A DNA stretch of 64,000 bases from Histomonas meleagridis 2922-C6/04-290x (GCA_020184695.1 JAANOX010000017.1:248001-312000); one strand, 5' to 3'. Shown: positions 1 through 13,200, numbered from the stretch's first letter. Translations and numbers: made by a program. Notes: generated by a model not told the origin, from the sequence alone.

Positions 1-3000
1 TCGACGAAAGTTCTTTTTACAAAAGATATCAATTCACTTAATTGCTGTAATTGCAACGACATTTTCTGTGTTCCGTTTTCACCAATTGGCGACATTTTAA
101 TTTGCGTATTTGTCATTGTCATTAACTCTCTTCTCATACTCGAGAGTAATTGACTTTGTTCATTTTCATTCGTATTAAATTCATAAACAGCAGAAGGCAA
201 CGAAAACAAATCGAAAAGTTTTTGAAGTTTTTCAAGAAGTTCTTTCAGAAATTCTTTCGGATTATCAATGAAAGAACCCTCAACAAATCGATGCAATGAA
301 TTAACAACAGTTAAATATTGCGATTTTAATGATTTGATTTGCGATTCATATTTATGTACAAGTGAACTACTTTTACGAACTTCGTTTTTAAGGTCATTAA
401 ATTGCTTTTGTGCAATTGATGAATGTGATAATTTGTTTTGAAGTTGGTGAAGTTCATTTTCAAGTGTTCGCGTTTTAGTTGTTAATTCTGATATCTTTTG
501 ATTGGATTCAGCGATTTCGTTTTGAAGTTGACGCGAATATGTATTTAATTCACGTGATTTCTTTTGTTCTTTTTGAAGTTGAATTTTAAGTGTTTCATTT
601 TGTTGTTTATGTTGTGAAAGTTCTTCAATTAATTTACGGATTTGTAAAGAAAGATTTTTATTATTGTTTTGTAAGTTTTGAAGTTGTTGTGTTAATTGTG
701 AATTTGATTCCTTAAGTAAATCTAATTCTTTAAGATTAGAAGAATAACGATTCTTAAGTTCCGTAAGTTGATTATTTGATGATTGATTTGTATCTTTTAG
801 ATTTAATATACTTGAATTAAGACTTTTGTTTTCATTCGCTATCGTTTGAATATTTGTGTTGAGTTGATTGTACTTTTTGAGAATAATTGAATACCTCGAT
901 TCAATTTGTTTGAGCTTTGAATCTCTTTCAATTATTGACTTGTTCAGACGGTTATTAGCGTTGTTTAATTCTTCGATTTCTTTTGTTTGCTGATGAATTT
1001 GTTGTTGAAGTGTTTCAAGTTGAGAGTTATTTGAATCAAGTAAATTCTCTTTATTTTGTAATTCATTTTTACAATTTTTATATTCTTCATTAATTTTATT
1101 TAATGTGTTTTGAAGTGATTTTTGTGCATCCAAAATTGAAATTATTTGTTTCTTTTGATTTTCAATTGTATTATTTGCAGATGTTATATCATTTTCAAGT
1201 GTGTGAATCTGTAATTCAGTTGTTTCTTTATCAAATTGTAAATGATTAATTTGCGTTTGAAGATTATCAATTGTATTTTGTTTGTTGTTAATTGATTTAT
1301 TAAGTTTATCAATTAAAGTTTTGTTTTCTGTTTGAATTTGATTAAATTTTTCCGAATTCTTTTTGCGTTCTTCTTCCAAATTATTAATTCGTAATTGCAA
1401 TGATTCGTTTTCTGTTTGTGATTCACTTAATTGGTTTTGTAATTCATTAATAACATTTAAATTATCTGCAAAATTATTTGATGATTGACTTAATTTGAGT
1501 TTTAATTGATTATTTTCTTTTTTGAGTGAATTTATTGTTTCCATATTCTTTTGTATTGTGTTATTTGAATTGTTTATTTTATATTTATTTGTTTCGTTTT
1601 CATTTTGTAATTCCAATATTTGATTTTGAAGATTTTCGATTTCATCTAAATTGTCTTTATTCGAATTTTCTGTTTTATTTAAATTACTTTGAAGAGTTTT
1701 AATTTGTTCCAAATTATTTTTATTTGCGTTTTCTAACTCTTTAATTTTTACTTGAAGTAAAATCACTTGATCTGATTTCGTTTTATTGGAATTTTCAAGT
1801 TGAGTTTGAAGCGAATTTATTTGTTCTAAATTGTCTTTATTAACATTTTCTAATTCATCAATTTTAGTTTGAAGTGAAATTTCTATTTCAGATTTCTTTT
1901 TGTTTAATTTTTCGATTTGTTTTTGGAGTGAATTTATTTGACTTAAATTGTCTTTGTTGGTATTTTTCATTTCATTTAGTGCGTTTTGCAGTGATATTAC
2001 TTGATCAGATTTCTTTTTGTTTGATAACTCAATTTGCATTTGAAGTAAATCTATTTGATCTAAATTAATTTTATTTGTGTTTTCTAATTCGTCAATTTTT
2101 GCTTGAAGTGTTTCAACTTGATCAAATTTTTCTTTATTTGTACTTTCTAACTCAAAAATTTTAGCTTGTAAGGAAATTTTTTGATCTGCTTTTTCTTTAT
2201 TTGAATTTTCAAGTTGATTTTGAAGTTCTTTTATTTGTTTCAAATTATTTTTGTTTGAGTTATTTAATTCATCAATTTTTGTTTGTAATGAAATTTCTTT
2301 TTCGGATTTTTCTTTATTTGATATTTCTAATTGATTTTGAAGTTCTTTTATTCGTTTCAAATTATCTTTATTTGCGTTTTCTAATTCATCAATTTTTGGT
2401 TGAAGAGAAATTTCTTGATCTAATTTTTCTTTATTTGATATTTCTAATTGATTTTGAAGAGATTTTATTTGTTTCAGATTATTTTTATTTGTGTTTTCTA
2501 ATTCATCAATTTTAATTTGCAAATTATTCATTTGTTCTAAATTCTTTTTATTATCATTATTTGTTTCATTTATTTTATTTTTATTATTTGCATTTTCTGA
2601 TTTTAATATTTTATTTTCTTGCGTTAATTGATTTGCAATTAATTTCGTGTTTTGATATTGTTTTTGAATCACTGCAATTCTATCTTCAGCAGAATTTAAT
2701 TTATCTAATGTTTCATGAATCTCATTTAATAATTTTCCATTTTCTTCTTCTTTTATTTCCAATTGATCTTTAACATTCTTTAATTCCTTTTCAAAGTTTT
2801 TGTTAATTTTGGAAAGATTTGTTAAGTTTTTATTTGTTTCATTTAATTTAACTTGTATATTTGATTTTGATACATCAATTTCTTTATTCTTTTGATTTAA
2901 TTTATCTATTTTTTCATTTAATTCTGTTAATTGTTGTTTATTATTTAATAATTCTGTTTCAAGTTTTTTCAATTGTTTATTTTTATCAGAAATAATTTGT

Positions 3001-6000
3001 TCGAATTCAATTTTATTTTTTTCTTTTTCTGATATAATATTTTCGTTTTCGAATTCTTTTTCTTGTAATTGATTTTGCAAATCATTAATAATCGAATTAT
3101 TTTTATTAATTTCATTTTGTAAATTGAAAATTTTTGTTTTGTTTTGGATTTTTGCTTGTTGTATATCTGTTTTTTGTTGTTTAATTTCTTTATTAGCTTC
3201 ATCTAATGAATCTTTAAGTTGTTGAATTTCTAATTCTAAATTTATTTGATTTTTTTCATGTTCTTTTCCATTGTCAATATTTTGCTGCTTAAGTTTATTA
3301 ATTAGATTTTCATATTGTTGAAGTTTTTTAGATTCGTTTTGTGTTGAAATAATTTGTTGTTGAAGTTGTTCTTTTAAGTTTTCGATTGAAATATTTTGTT
3401 CTTCAATTGTTTTTTGAAGAGATTCGATTTGTTTTGTTAATAAAGAATTTTGATTATTTTGCTTTTGTTGAACAGAAGAAGATTTCGATAGTAAATCTTG
3501 AAGACTATTTATTTCATTTTTAGATTTAGTTAAACTATTATTTAATTGTTGATTATTTTCAGTCAGTGAATCAATTTCGTCTTTAAATTGAGTTAAACTA
3601 TCATTTAATTGTTTATTATATTTAGTTAATAAATCAATTTCATTTTTAGCATTATTTAAACTATTATTTAATTCTTTATTGTTTTTAGTAAGTGAATCAA
3701 CTTCATTTTTATATTTTTCTATATCATTGTTTAATTGTTTATTATCTTTTACTAAAATATTAATTTCATTTTTGTATTTTTCTAAATTATCATTTAATTC
3801 TTGTTTATCTTTTGTAAGTAAATCAATTTCATCATTAAATTTGGTTAAGTTATCGTTTAGTTGTTGATTATCGTTAGTTAATGTATTAATTTTCTTATTT
3901 AAATCTTTTTCTTTTTGTGCTTGTGATTTATTATGTCTCTTAATTTGACTTTGGAATTTTTGATAATCGTTCTTAAATATATTAATTTGTTGCTGAAGTT
4001 CATTAACTTGATTTAAAAGTTGGAGATTTTTATCTTCCAAATTTTTATTAATTGTTTCAATTTCATTTATTTTAAGTTTATTTTCGTCTAATAATTCGTC
4101 TTTAGCTTTAATTTGTTCATTGTTTTGTTTAATTATTTGTTGAAGTTTATCATATTGACTTTTAAGTTCTTCAAATTTCTTTTGAAGATTCTCTAATGAA
4201 ATTGTTAAATTTTTGTTAATGCTTTGAGTTTCTTGTAAATCTTGTTTTAGCTTTTCATTTTCTTTGTTATATGAATCTGCTAAATTTTGTAATTGTTGAA
4301 TTTTCTCTTCATATTTATCATTTTTAAGGTTTTGTGATGTTTGATTTTCATGTAAATTATTTATTTCTTTGTTTAATTTATTATTTTTCATTTCAAGTGA
4401 ATTATTTTGTTCTTTTAATTCGTTAATTTTTTCTTGAAGTTCTTCAATTTGTTTACTTAGTTCATCATTTTGTGAATTTAAATTTTCATTTTGTTGTTTC
4501 AAAATATTCTTTTTCTGTTTATATTTATTTGTTTCAAATTGTCGTAATTGTTTTTCTTTTTCATAATTTCGTTCTATTTGCGCCTTTTGTATTTCGATTG
4601 AAGATTTTTCTGCTTTCAATTGTGAAAATTGATTATTTTTGTTTTGTATTGTTTCTCTTAAATTAATTAATTCATTATTTACATCATTAATTTCATTCTC
4701 TAAAATTTGATTTTGAGTTTTCTGTGATGAAATTTCTTCATTTAATTCATTAATTTGCTTTAAGTATTGAGTTATTTCAAGATTTTTAGATTTTATTTCT
4801 TTATTTGCATTTTCTAAATTCTTTTTTAATTGTTCGTTTAGCATTTGTTCATTTGTATTCTTTTTATTAGCTTTTTCTTGACTCTGAAGTAAATTTGATA
4901 ATTTGTCTTCATATTCAGCAATTTTTAATTTGGAATTATGTAATTCATCTGTTAAATTATTAATTTGTTCATGATTTTCATCAAGATTTCCTTCGATTTC
5001 TGAAATATGTTTCTTTAATTTATCTAAATCATTTTGTTTTTTGTTTATTTCATTTTGTTGCGTTTGAAGTTTTCGATTTAATGATTCGATTTCAATTTCT
5101 TTTTCTTTAATATTTTTCAGGTTATTTATTTGTTGATTTTCAATTTCTTCTTTTTCATTTGTTAAATCTTTAATAATTGTATTCAGCTCTTGAATTTTAT
5201 TTGAATTAAAATCATTTAATAAATCAATTTGAGTTTGAAGTTCTTTATTTTTATTATTTAATTCGCCAATTTTATTTTGTAAATTTTGTTTTATTTCATT
5301 ATTTAATTTTTCCAAATTGGAACATTTTTCTTTTTCTTTTTGAATTTCGTTATTTAGTTGTTCAACATCTTCTTTATGTTTATTTTCTTCTTTTAGAAGT
5401 TGCTTTTTTAATTCAACAATTTGATTATCTTTTTCTTTAAGATTATTTTCGATTTCATTTTTTTCTTGAATAAGTTTTTCTGCTTTAGCTTTTAAGTTTA
5501 AATCATTTTTCGTAGATAAATCTTCAAAATCTTTAATCTGTTGATTTAACTCTTTTATTGATTGATTTAAATTTTGATTTTCTTCTAATAATTCTTGATT
5601 TTGAAGTTGCAATGTTTCCATTTCTTTTATTTGTTCTTGTAATTGTTTAATTCTTGTTTCATATGATTTCTTTTGTGCATTTAATAAATTTTCTTGTCTT
5701 TCTTTCAGTTTTTCCATCATTTTTTCAGTATTTTCTTTTTCTTTTTGAGAATTACGAATTTGATCATTTAATTCTTCAATTTTTTGATTTGCATTTTCAT
5801 TTTCAATTAAATAATTCTGTATTTTATTTTGATTTTCTTCGTTTTCTTTTTGATATTGTTCTAAATCTTTTTTAATTGATTTTTGTTGTTCTTTAAGTTG
5901 ATCAATTAAATTTTGTTTTTGATTAATTTCTTTATCTTTCTCAAATATTGATTTAGATAATTCTTGATTTTGTTTTTCACTGTTTGCAAGTTTTTGCTTG

Positions 6001-6722
6001 ATATTTGTCATTTCATTATTAACTGTCGATAAATGAGAATAATTCGAATCTAAATTTTGAAGTTGAAGTTTTAGTTCTTCATTTTTTTGTATTAAAGTAT
6101 CATTTTCGTTTGTAAGTTCTTCAATTTGGAATCTCTCAAAACGTTCTGAAGCTTGTCTTCGAAGTTCAATTGAAACAAAATCTCGATTCAGAATTATTAA
6201 ATGTGGTAATGTGTAAACACAATATAATAATGAATCAAAATCATATGAAATTGGACACCCTTCAATATCAAAGTTTATCAAGTTTTTTAAATTTTGGAGT
6301 TTGAGGAAATCATGTCTATTAAATAATGCATTATTATTAATTCGAAACGTTTTTAATTTAACTAACGAAAGTATGTTTGAGGGAATTTCTTCAATTGAAT
6401 TATGGTTTAAAGTAAGATCCTCTAAATTATGAAGTGATAAAATTGGTTCCATTGATATGATTTTATTCCAACTTAAGTTTAATCTTTTGAGATTGGGAAG
6501 CGACTTTAACCCATTAATTTCTTTTATTCCATGACCAATTAAAGAAAGCTCACGAAGGAATTGGAATTTTTCTATAGGCATGATTTGTGATATTATAACA
6601 TTTGTTCCTGTGTTATCGTATCTAAATGTAATTACATCGCGTGAATTAGTTTGCTTTGTTATTTTCTGTATAAAAGCATCATTGAATATGGTTCCGCTTC
6701 CTGCCAGAGTTGGCGCGCTCAT
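1..6722 (-). CDS. Large LRR + coiled-coil protein, centriolin/CEP110-like architecture (3' end runs off the window; >2200 aa)
   Basis: ATG at 6722(-) gives MSAPTLAGSGTIFNDAFIQKIT..., then SDS22-like LRRs (LRELSLIGHGIKEINGLKSLPNLKRLNLSWNKI; LEDLTLNHNSIEEIP), an LRR cap (YCVYTLPHLIILN...ELRRQASERF) and ~2000 aa of Q/E/K/N/L heptads. The ends were spot-checked as open, and the ORF track shows no broken pieces in this frame. Confidence 0.75.
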   Translation of the reverse strand, partial: MSAPTLAGSGTIFNDAFIQKITKQTNSRDVITFRYDNTGTNVIISQIMPIEKFQFLRELSLIGHGIKEINGLKSLPNLKRLNLSWNKIISMEPILSLHNLEDLTLNHNSIEEIPSNILSLVKLKTFRINNNALFNRHDFLKLQNLKNLINFDIEGCPISYDFDSLLYCVYTLPHLIILNRDFVSIELRRQASERFERFQIEELTNENDTLIQKNEELKLQLQNLDSNYSHLSTVNNEMTNIKQKLANSEKQNQELSKSIFEKDKEINQKQNLIDQLKEQQKSIKKDLEQYQKENEENQNKIQNYLIENENANQKIEELNDQIRNSQKEKENTEKMMEKLKERQENLLNAQKKSYETRIKQLQEQIKEMETLQLQNQELLEENQNLNQSIKELNQQIKDFEDLSTKNDLNLKAKAEKLIQEKNEIENNLKEKDNQIVELKKQLLKEENKHKEDVEQLNNEIQKEKEKCSNLEKLNNEIKQNLQNKIGELNNKNKELQTQIDLLNDFNSNKIQELNTIIKDLTNEKEEIENQQINNLKNIKEKEIEIESLNRKLQTQQNEINKKQNDLDKLKKHISEIEGNLDENHEQINNLTDELHNSKLKIAEYEDKLSNLLQSQEKANKKNTNEQMLNEQLKKNLENANKEIKSKNLEITQYLKQINELNEEISSQKTQNQILENEINDVNNELINLRETIQNKNNQFSQLKAEKSSIEIQKAQIERNYEKEKQLRQFETNKYKQKKNILKQQNENLNSQNDELSKQIEELQEKINELKEQNNSLEMKNNKLNKEINNLHENQTSQNLKNDKYEEKIQQLQNLADSYNKENEKLKQDLQETQSINKNLTISLENLQKKFEELKSQYDKLQQIIKQNNEQIKAKDELLDENKLKINEIETINKNLEDKNLQLLNQVNELQQQINIFKNDYQKFQSQIKRHNKSQAQKEKDLNKKINTLTNDNQQLNDNLTKFNDEIDLLTKDKQELNDNLEKYKNEINILVKDNKQLNNDIEKYKNEVDSLTKNNKELNNSLNNAKNEIDLLTKYNKQLNDSLTQFKDEIDSLTENNQQLNNSLTKSKNEINSLQDLLSKSSSVQQKQNNQNSLLTKQIESLQKTIEEQNISIENLKEQLQQQIISTQNESKKLQQYENLINKLKQQNIDNGKEHEKNQINLELEIQQLKDSLDEANKEIKQQKTDIQQAKIQNKTKIFNLQNEINKNNSIINDLQNQLQEKEFENENIISEKEKNKIEFEQIISDKNKQLKKLETELLNNKQQLTELNEKIDKLNQKNKEIDVSKSNIQVKLNETNKNLTNLSKINKNFEKELKNVKDQLEIKEEENGKLLNEIHETLDKLNSAEDRIAVIQKQYQNTKLIANQLTQENKILKSENANNKNKINETNNDNKKNLEQMNNLQIKIDELENTNKNNLKQIKSLQNQLEISNKEKLDQEISLQPKIDELENANKDNLKRIKELQNQLEISNKEKSEKEISLQTKIDELNNSNKNNLKQIKELQNQLENSNKEKADQKISLQAKIFELESTNKEKFDQVETLQAKIDELENTNKINLDQIDLLQMQIELSNKKKSDQVISLQNALNEMKNTNKDNLSQINSLQKQIEKLNKKKSEIEISLQTKIDELENVNKDNLEQINSLQTQLENSNKTKSDQVILLQVKIKELENANKNNLEQIKTLQSNLNKTENSNKDNLDEIENLQNQILELQNENETNKYKINNSNNTIQKNMETINSLKKENNQLKLKLSQSSNNFADNLNVINELQNQLSESQTENESLQLRINNLEEERKKNSEKFNQIQTENKTLIDKLNKSINNKQNTIDNLQTQINHLQFDKETTELQIHTLENDITSANNTIENQKKQIISILDAQKSLQNTLNKINEEYKNCKNELQNKENLLDSNNSQLETLQQQIHQQTKEIEELNNANNRLNKSIIERDSKLKQIESRYSIILKKYNQLNTNIQTIANENKSLNSSILNLKDTNQSSNNQLTELKNRYSSNLKELDLLKESNSQLTQQLQNLQNNNKNLSLQIRKLIEELSQHKQQNETLKIQLQKEQKKSRELNTYSRQLQNEIAESNQKISELTTKTRTLENELHQLQNKLSHSSIAQKQFNDLKNEVRKSSSLVHKYESQIKSLKSQYLTVVNSLHRFVEGSFIDNPKEFLKELLEKLQKLFDLFSLPSAVYEFNTNENEQSQLLSSMRRELMTMTNTQIKMSPIGENGTQKMSLQLQQLSELISFVKRTFV
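1730..2515 (-). repeat. Intragenic degenerate 117-nt (39-aa) tandem repeat in the coiled-coil
   Basis: TAATTC(A/G)TCAATTT recurs at 1851, 2085, 2265, 2382 and 2499 (spacings 234, 180, 117, 117). Peptide unit is approximately QNQLEISNKEKxxxEISLQxKIDELENxNKxNLKQIKxL. Confidence 0.7.
3500..3880 (-). repeat. Intragenic 63-nt (21-aa, three heptads) tandem repeat, ~6 copies
   Basis: TAAACTA at 3531, 3594 and 3657, with degenerate copies near 3720, 3783 and 3845. Peptide is approximately NEIDxLTKxNKQLNxSLxxxK. Confidence 0.7.
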
Positions 6723-7258
6723 ACAGAAGAACCGTTTAAAAATTATAACCGCTGTTTTTATTAAACGTGCTCTTTTGAATCGACGATATATATAAAGTAT
6801 ACAATAAGATAAAACTCATTTTCTATAATTATCAAGCTCAATTTTGATAAATTTCATACAACAATATAATGAAATTTTATGATTGAACATATTTACTTAT
6901 TATTTATTTTTAATGGCTCAGGTGATTATCTGATGATCAATTAAATATACCATTAAGTTAATGTTTAAATAAATTCCAAAAGAACTACAAAACATTGATT
7001 ATTTTCTGCAACATTTTTTATGAGTTTGTGATTTAATATTTAAAAAAAAATATATATACGTATTTTAATTTTAATGATATCATTATTTTTCTAATTTCAT
7101 CATAAAAATTGGAAATAATTCCAATCTTCGATAAGTTATGTGTGTTACTAATGATCAGGTCTCTAATTTAGATTTTCTGCTTGTTGCACCGGTGAAATTT
7201 CATGAAAAAATGTCAAATCACATTTCTATAACCTAAAACCGTCAAAATATTTTCGCAA

Positions 7259-10200
7259 ATGAGCAAAGAAGAAGAACTCTCAGAACTGGAAGCACAGGCT
7301 ATCAATATGTTTGCTTCAAACGATTTCAAAAAGTCTATATATGAACCACTTGCAACTCATTTGGAGGAAATCATTTCAAAGAAACAACTTAAATCTCCAC
7401 TTGAATCCCAAACAAAATCTTTTTTAAATGACTTTTCACCTCAAATCATTACTTCTATTTTGACAACGTATGTTAATGAATCTTTTTCTCATGTTCGCGA
7501 ATATAACAATATACTCAATCTTTACACTAAAATTCTCAGAACATTTCTTGTATCTGAGGAATACACGGGATTTGTTGGAGCAGCAAAGCGAATTATAACA
7601 ACACGAACGAATCATTTTTATAAGACAACTGAGTCAATCGGCTTTTTTTCACTTGATATACAACCGACTTCGCAATATTTCAAAGCAAACCTCAAGACAT
7701 TTAATGATTCTAAACCAGTAGAATATGTTTCAAATTATCTGAAAGAAAATAAATCTAATTTCTCAATTCCAGTTATCAATCAAGTCATTACAATCCTTTA
7801 CCCATTAAATATGAACCTTAAGGAAGATGTTATACATTTTTTAAAGCAACTTCTTCTTTCTCTTAAAGAATGGATAATTTCACTTGATGACAAAAAACTT
7901 AAAGAAGTTGATGAAAAAACATTTAACTCATTAATTGCTAACTTGAGGAGATTTTTTTTAAGTCGAATGCGTGATTATACTTCTGACTTAGATGAGATAC
8001 GATTTTCATTTTATATCAAATATATTGAATCTGGTATTCTTGCAAAACAATTTAAAGGCATTCGAGAGCTTCGAAATATGATGCCATCATATTATATGGA
8101 TTCATCACGAGAATTCACATCGAAATTAAAGAATTCAAGTTTTCTTCGAGTAATGCTTGGAGGTATGCATCAAGAACTTGTGAGTGATTTTTCATATATT
8201 TTTGAGCAAATGATAAAGAATGAGGATGCTACAACAGAAGATTTTCATCGATTTTGGCTCTTGGTTGTAAATCAGCATCAAAGTGTAATTGAATGCTTTA
8301 TGAGCGCCTTTTCAAAAATTGTATGCGGTCCCAAAAAGTTGGACTTAATCCCATTATTTATTTCATATATTAAAGATATGGACAAATTTCCTAATGAAAC
8401 ACTTTCTGTAATTAAGAAAATATCTTCTTCTTGTACATCTTTACAATTAAAATTATTATTTGAGATAGTTTCAGAACAATATATGAAACAAAAAATCGAT
8501 CCAAATTGGCAACAAACATATATTGACACATTAACAAAACTTGTGTCATCTAAAGATAAAGAATTTTGCGAGAAATTACAAGAGCAATGTTTTGAAATGA
8601 TACAAAATAACCAAAACATTGAATACGCATTACCATTATTTAATGCTTCATGTGTTAAAGTATCGACAGAGAAAGCGAAAACATATTATAATTCTGTTTT
8701 AAATGTTATCTCATCAGGGAATGTTAATATTGAACCATATTTAGATTTGATAGTAAAAATCTTAAAGAATTGTGATGAACCATTATCGAATGAAGAGTTT
8801 AACCAATTATTAAAATTCACAGAGCCATTATTAGAAGATAATTCCAAAGTTATTATAAACTTTTATTCAAAGTTACAAGAAGTTAAAAGTTTAAAGAAAG
8901 AAGAAATGCAATATTCGATATTTAAAATGATATGTAAATCGAATACATTTGATAAAAGTTCATTTGATTTCACAAAGAAATTATTTGAAAGATTAAATAA
9001 TAATAATATAAATGTAGTTGTTAATAAGTGTAAAGGATTAAAATATTTATGGAAATTATTGGAAAATACTTCAAATGATGATATTATTAGTTATTTAATT
9101 AAATTATATAAAAAGGCACCACTTTTATTCATAAAAAAATGTTCGAAACATTTTAGTAACGTTGGATATTTAATGGCGTTAAAGAAATATGTATTAATTC
9201 AAAAGGATGAAATTGATTTTGATTCATATGGCATAGAACCTAATCGATGTTTTGCTGATGAAGATTATTCTGAGATTTCATTAATTGGTGATATTGAATG
9301 TAAATTAAAATTATTAAATTTCACTTCTTTCACACAGTTTGTTAAAATGATAGCTAAAAGAATGGGTACAAATCCGAAGTCAATTGTTGTCACTAATTAT
9401 GAACAAGTACCAATTAATAATGACAATTTTATAATACAGAATGATATGAAATATATTATTTCAACTAAATATAATACACAAAATTATAATAATTATGATA
9501 GTTATGGAAATCCTTCTTATAATTATGGTAATCCTTCATATAATTATGGAAATCCTTCTTATAACTATAATAATCCTTCTTATAATTATGGAAATCCTTC
9601 TTATAACTATGGTAATCCTTATGGGGATACATCTTATAACTATGGTAATCCTTATGGTGATAATAATGCTTCTTCTAATTATGGTAATCCTTATGGTGAT
9701 AATAATAATAATCCATTTAGAAAAGAAAAAACTTTTGATGAAAATCCAAATATTTTCGAAGATGAAACATCGAATTTTTCATGTAATATTTTATTAAAAC
9801 CAGAGTTTTCAATTCCTTTACTTAAACTTTTAGCAACAGATACACCTACAAAAGCTACGAAACTTGCATATGAATTATTAAATATAATACCAACAATTCC
9901 AAATGAACGAAATCTTTTAAATGAAATTTCGAATGATAATGAAAAATGGAATGAGTTTTTAGATCCGAAATTCCCATATTTGTTTTTATATCGACTTAAT
10001 ATGATTGGAAATATCTTTAAGAAGAATGATATTAATTGGATTCATATATTTATAATCACTGGATTTAAGAATATATTACAAATATGTTCAAATCATTTAA
10101 TAGAAAAAGAATTTGAACAACAACAAGTTTTATTTATATATAGTATCTTAAAACAATTTATATCATATCAAAACGCTAAAGATGAAATTAATAATGTTTT

Positions 10201-13200
10201 ATCAAATGTTACTGAAGATACATTAAATGATTTAATTATATGGATAGGAAAAGTATCAACACGTAAAAACTCAAAAATTTATAATCAAAAATTACTTTCA
10301 TCATTATTATTTTTATATAAATCATATTCTAAATTTAAGAAAGATTTATCACAAAATATAATAACGAAACTTAAAGAAGATATTGAACCATTAATATTTT
10401 ATTCTAATCAACAAGTACGTATAGAATTTAAATCAATTTTACTTGGATTACCTAAAAAAGAATATCAATCAATATTAATATCATTATTAACTAAAGCTAA
10501 TAATAATAATTGTTATGAATATTTTACTTTATTAATACCAATTGTCGAAAAAATCGATAATTCACTTGAAGTATATAATCAAATTATTTCTGTTTTATAT
10601 AATAAATATGAATTACCAACTAATAATATAATTGAAACATTATTATTCCAACCACCAAAACAAAATTATACTAATGGCTTATTAACTACATTATTACGAA
10701 TCATAATTAAAATGAAAGAAATTCCAGAAATTGATAATTTCCTTAATTTCTATATTAACAATATCTTTTTCAATTCATATAAATATTATGAACCTAATAA
10801 AACATTATTTGATATATTAATTACATTAATTGAAGGCAATCCAAACATTACTAAAAAATTCATAGAAAAAATACAAAAAATTATGGAATTTATTAATCAA
10901 AATAAATATGATGTTAATCTAAAAAGTTTATCATCTACATCTAAGTTTAGAGGATTACGTAATTTAGGTGCTACATGTTATATTAATTCGACATTACAAC
11001 AAATATTTAATATAACAAAAATGAAGAAGTTGGTATTAGAACATGATTTTGAAAAAGATAATGATTGGAGTACACAATTACAAAATGTGTTTTCAAAACT
11101 TGAATTTTTCCCTTCAACTTATATCGATCCATCATGTTTCATAAACTTATGGACAGGTTGGGATGGAGAACCTATTAATCCACATGAACAACAAGATGCA
11201 GTTGAATTTTTACAAATGTTATTAGAACGATTAGAAGAGAAAGATAAATCATTAACAACAATGTTTAAAGGACAAATCGTTCATAATTTAATAGGTAGAA
11301 GTCATGATTATCAATCAGAACGAATTGAAGAATTTACTATATTACCATTAGAAGTTAAAGATCATACAAATGTTGAAGAATCATTAAAAACATTTTTAAT
11401 ACCTGATAAATTTGATGGTAATAATCAATATAAAGTTGATGATATTGGTTTAATAGATGCAGATCTATATCATAAAGTTCGAATTTCACCCGAAATATTA
11501 ATATTACAATTAAAACGATTTGAATATAATATGTCTAATAATACACGAGAAAAAGTTAATTCATATTATATATTTCCTCATGAACTTGATATCGGAATTA
11601 TTATGGAAAATCAAGAATCACAAATTTATGATTTAATTGGTATCGTAATGCATATGGGATCAGCTCAAGCAGGACATTATTTCTCACATGTTAAACGTGA
11701 TGATGGTAAATGGTATACATTTAATGATATTCGAGTTAATAGATGTGATGGTTCTACTTTACCTGAAGAATCTGCAGGTGGTAAAACGAATCAAGTTAAT
11801 TGGGGTTATTATGGATCATTTAAGAAAGAATTTTATGATAAGGATCAAAACGCATATTTATTATTTTATAAGAAAAGAACTCAAAACATTGATCAACAAA
11901 TTAATGATTATGATATTAATCAAGAATGTCTTAAACGAATTGATGAAGAAATTAAATATTCGATTTTGGATTCAATTGTAGCATCGCCTAATTTCTCGGA
12001 ATTAGTATTAAAGTTATGTGAAGCAGATAAAGATGGTAAATTTATATATTCCATTTATTGTCATAACTTAAGTACTAATTCTGATGTTAAAGCTACTTCT
12101 AATTTAGCATTACAATGTATGAAACTTTTAGAAGAAAATAAAGATTTTTGTTTACATGTATTAACACAAACTAAAGAAATCGATGAATTCTTAATTCGAA
12201 ATATTAATAATGAAATGAGATCATCATTTTCGATTTTTATTATTACTGCAATAAATAATATTCAAGAAAATGAAAAATTAAATCAATTTGCTCAATTTCT
12301 TATTTCGAAAATGGATATTTTAATGAATTATTTTGGTAATTTTAATGAGTTCTTTAATGTATTTAATGAATTACAAAAGAAAATTCCAAATTTAATTGAT
12401 AAAGTTATAGAATTTTTATTAGTTATTATACCAAATTATGATCAAACACATACTCAAAAGAAAATATATGAAATCATTGATTTATCATCGATATTTAATA
12501 TGTTAATTTATTATTTCGAAAATAATAATAATTCAACTGAAAACACTGAAAAAATGAAAAAATTATTTACGAAAGAAAATATTATAAATTGGACAAAGTC
12601 TTCTAAACATGATAAATCATTTTCTAAGTTAATGTCAATTCTGTTAAAAGATAATGGATTTACAAGTAATGTATTAATTAATTTATTAAATGAAAAATTA
12701 GGCGTTAAACAAATTTCATCATTATTTATCATTGTATTTTCATGTGAAGATTCATTATCTAAACAACGTTGTTCAACATTCATTAATTTCATTAAAGAAA
12801 AAGAAATTTTATTGGAATTATCAAAACGTATACATCCAATGAAAGGTAAACTTTGTAAGAATTTTAATGAATCATTTTTACCCGAATTTAAGAATTTCTT
12901 TTGTAATATAAAAATTAATCGACAATTTAATGATTTTGTTTATTCTGTTTATTCACAATTCCCTAAAATATCCGAAACTATTGTTGAAGGTGAAGATAAA
13001 ACACTTTTCCATGAATTATTTGTTACGTTAGTAAACTTACGGAAAATATTTGATACTGTTAAAAAACCTGATTCTGAAATCGATTCTATAATTTGTAATT
13101 ATTATGATATGTTAAGTTGGGCAATGATTACTGGAGGATTTAAAGATGAATTATATCAATTTTCGAATGATTTCATTAGTTCATTAAAGAAATTTAATGA

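Noticed and set aside
1874-6795. Short Phe/Leu/Ile-rich ORFs in the track (also those overlapping 32042-36190, 40040-43139, 49255-51984 and 57633-64000)
   Set aside because: Antisense or alternate-frame shadows of long real genes in low-complexity DNA.
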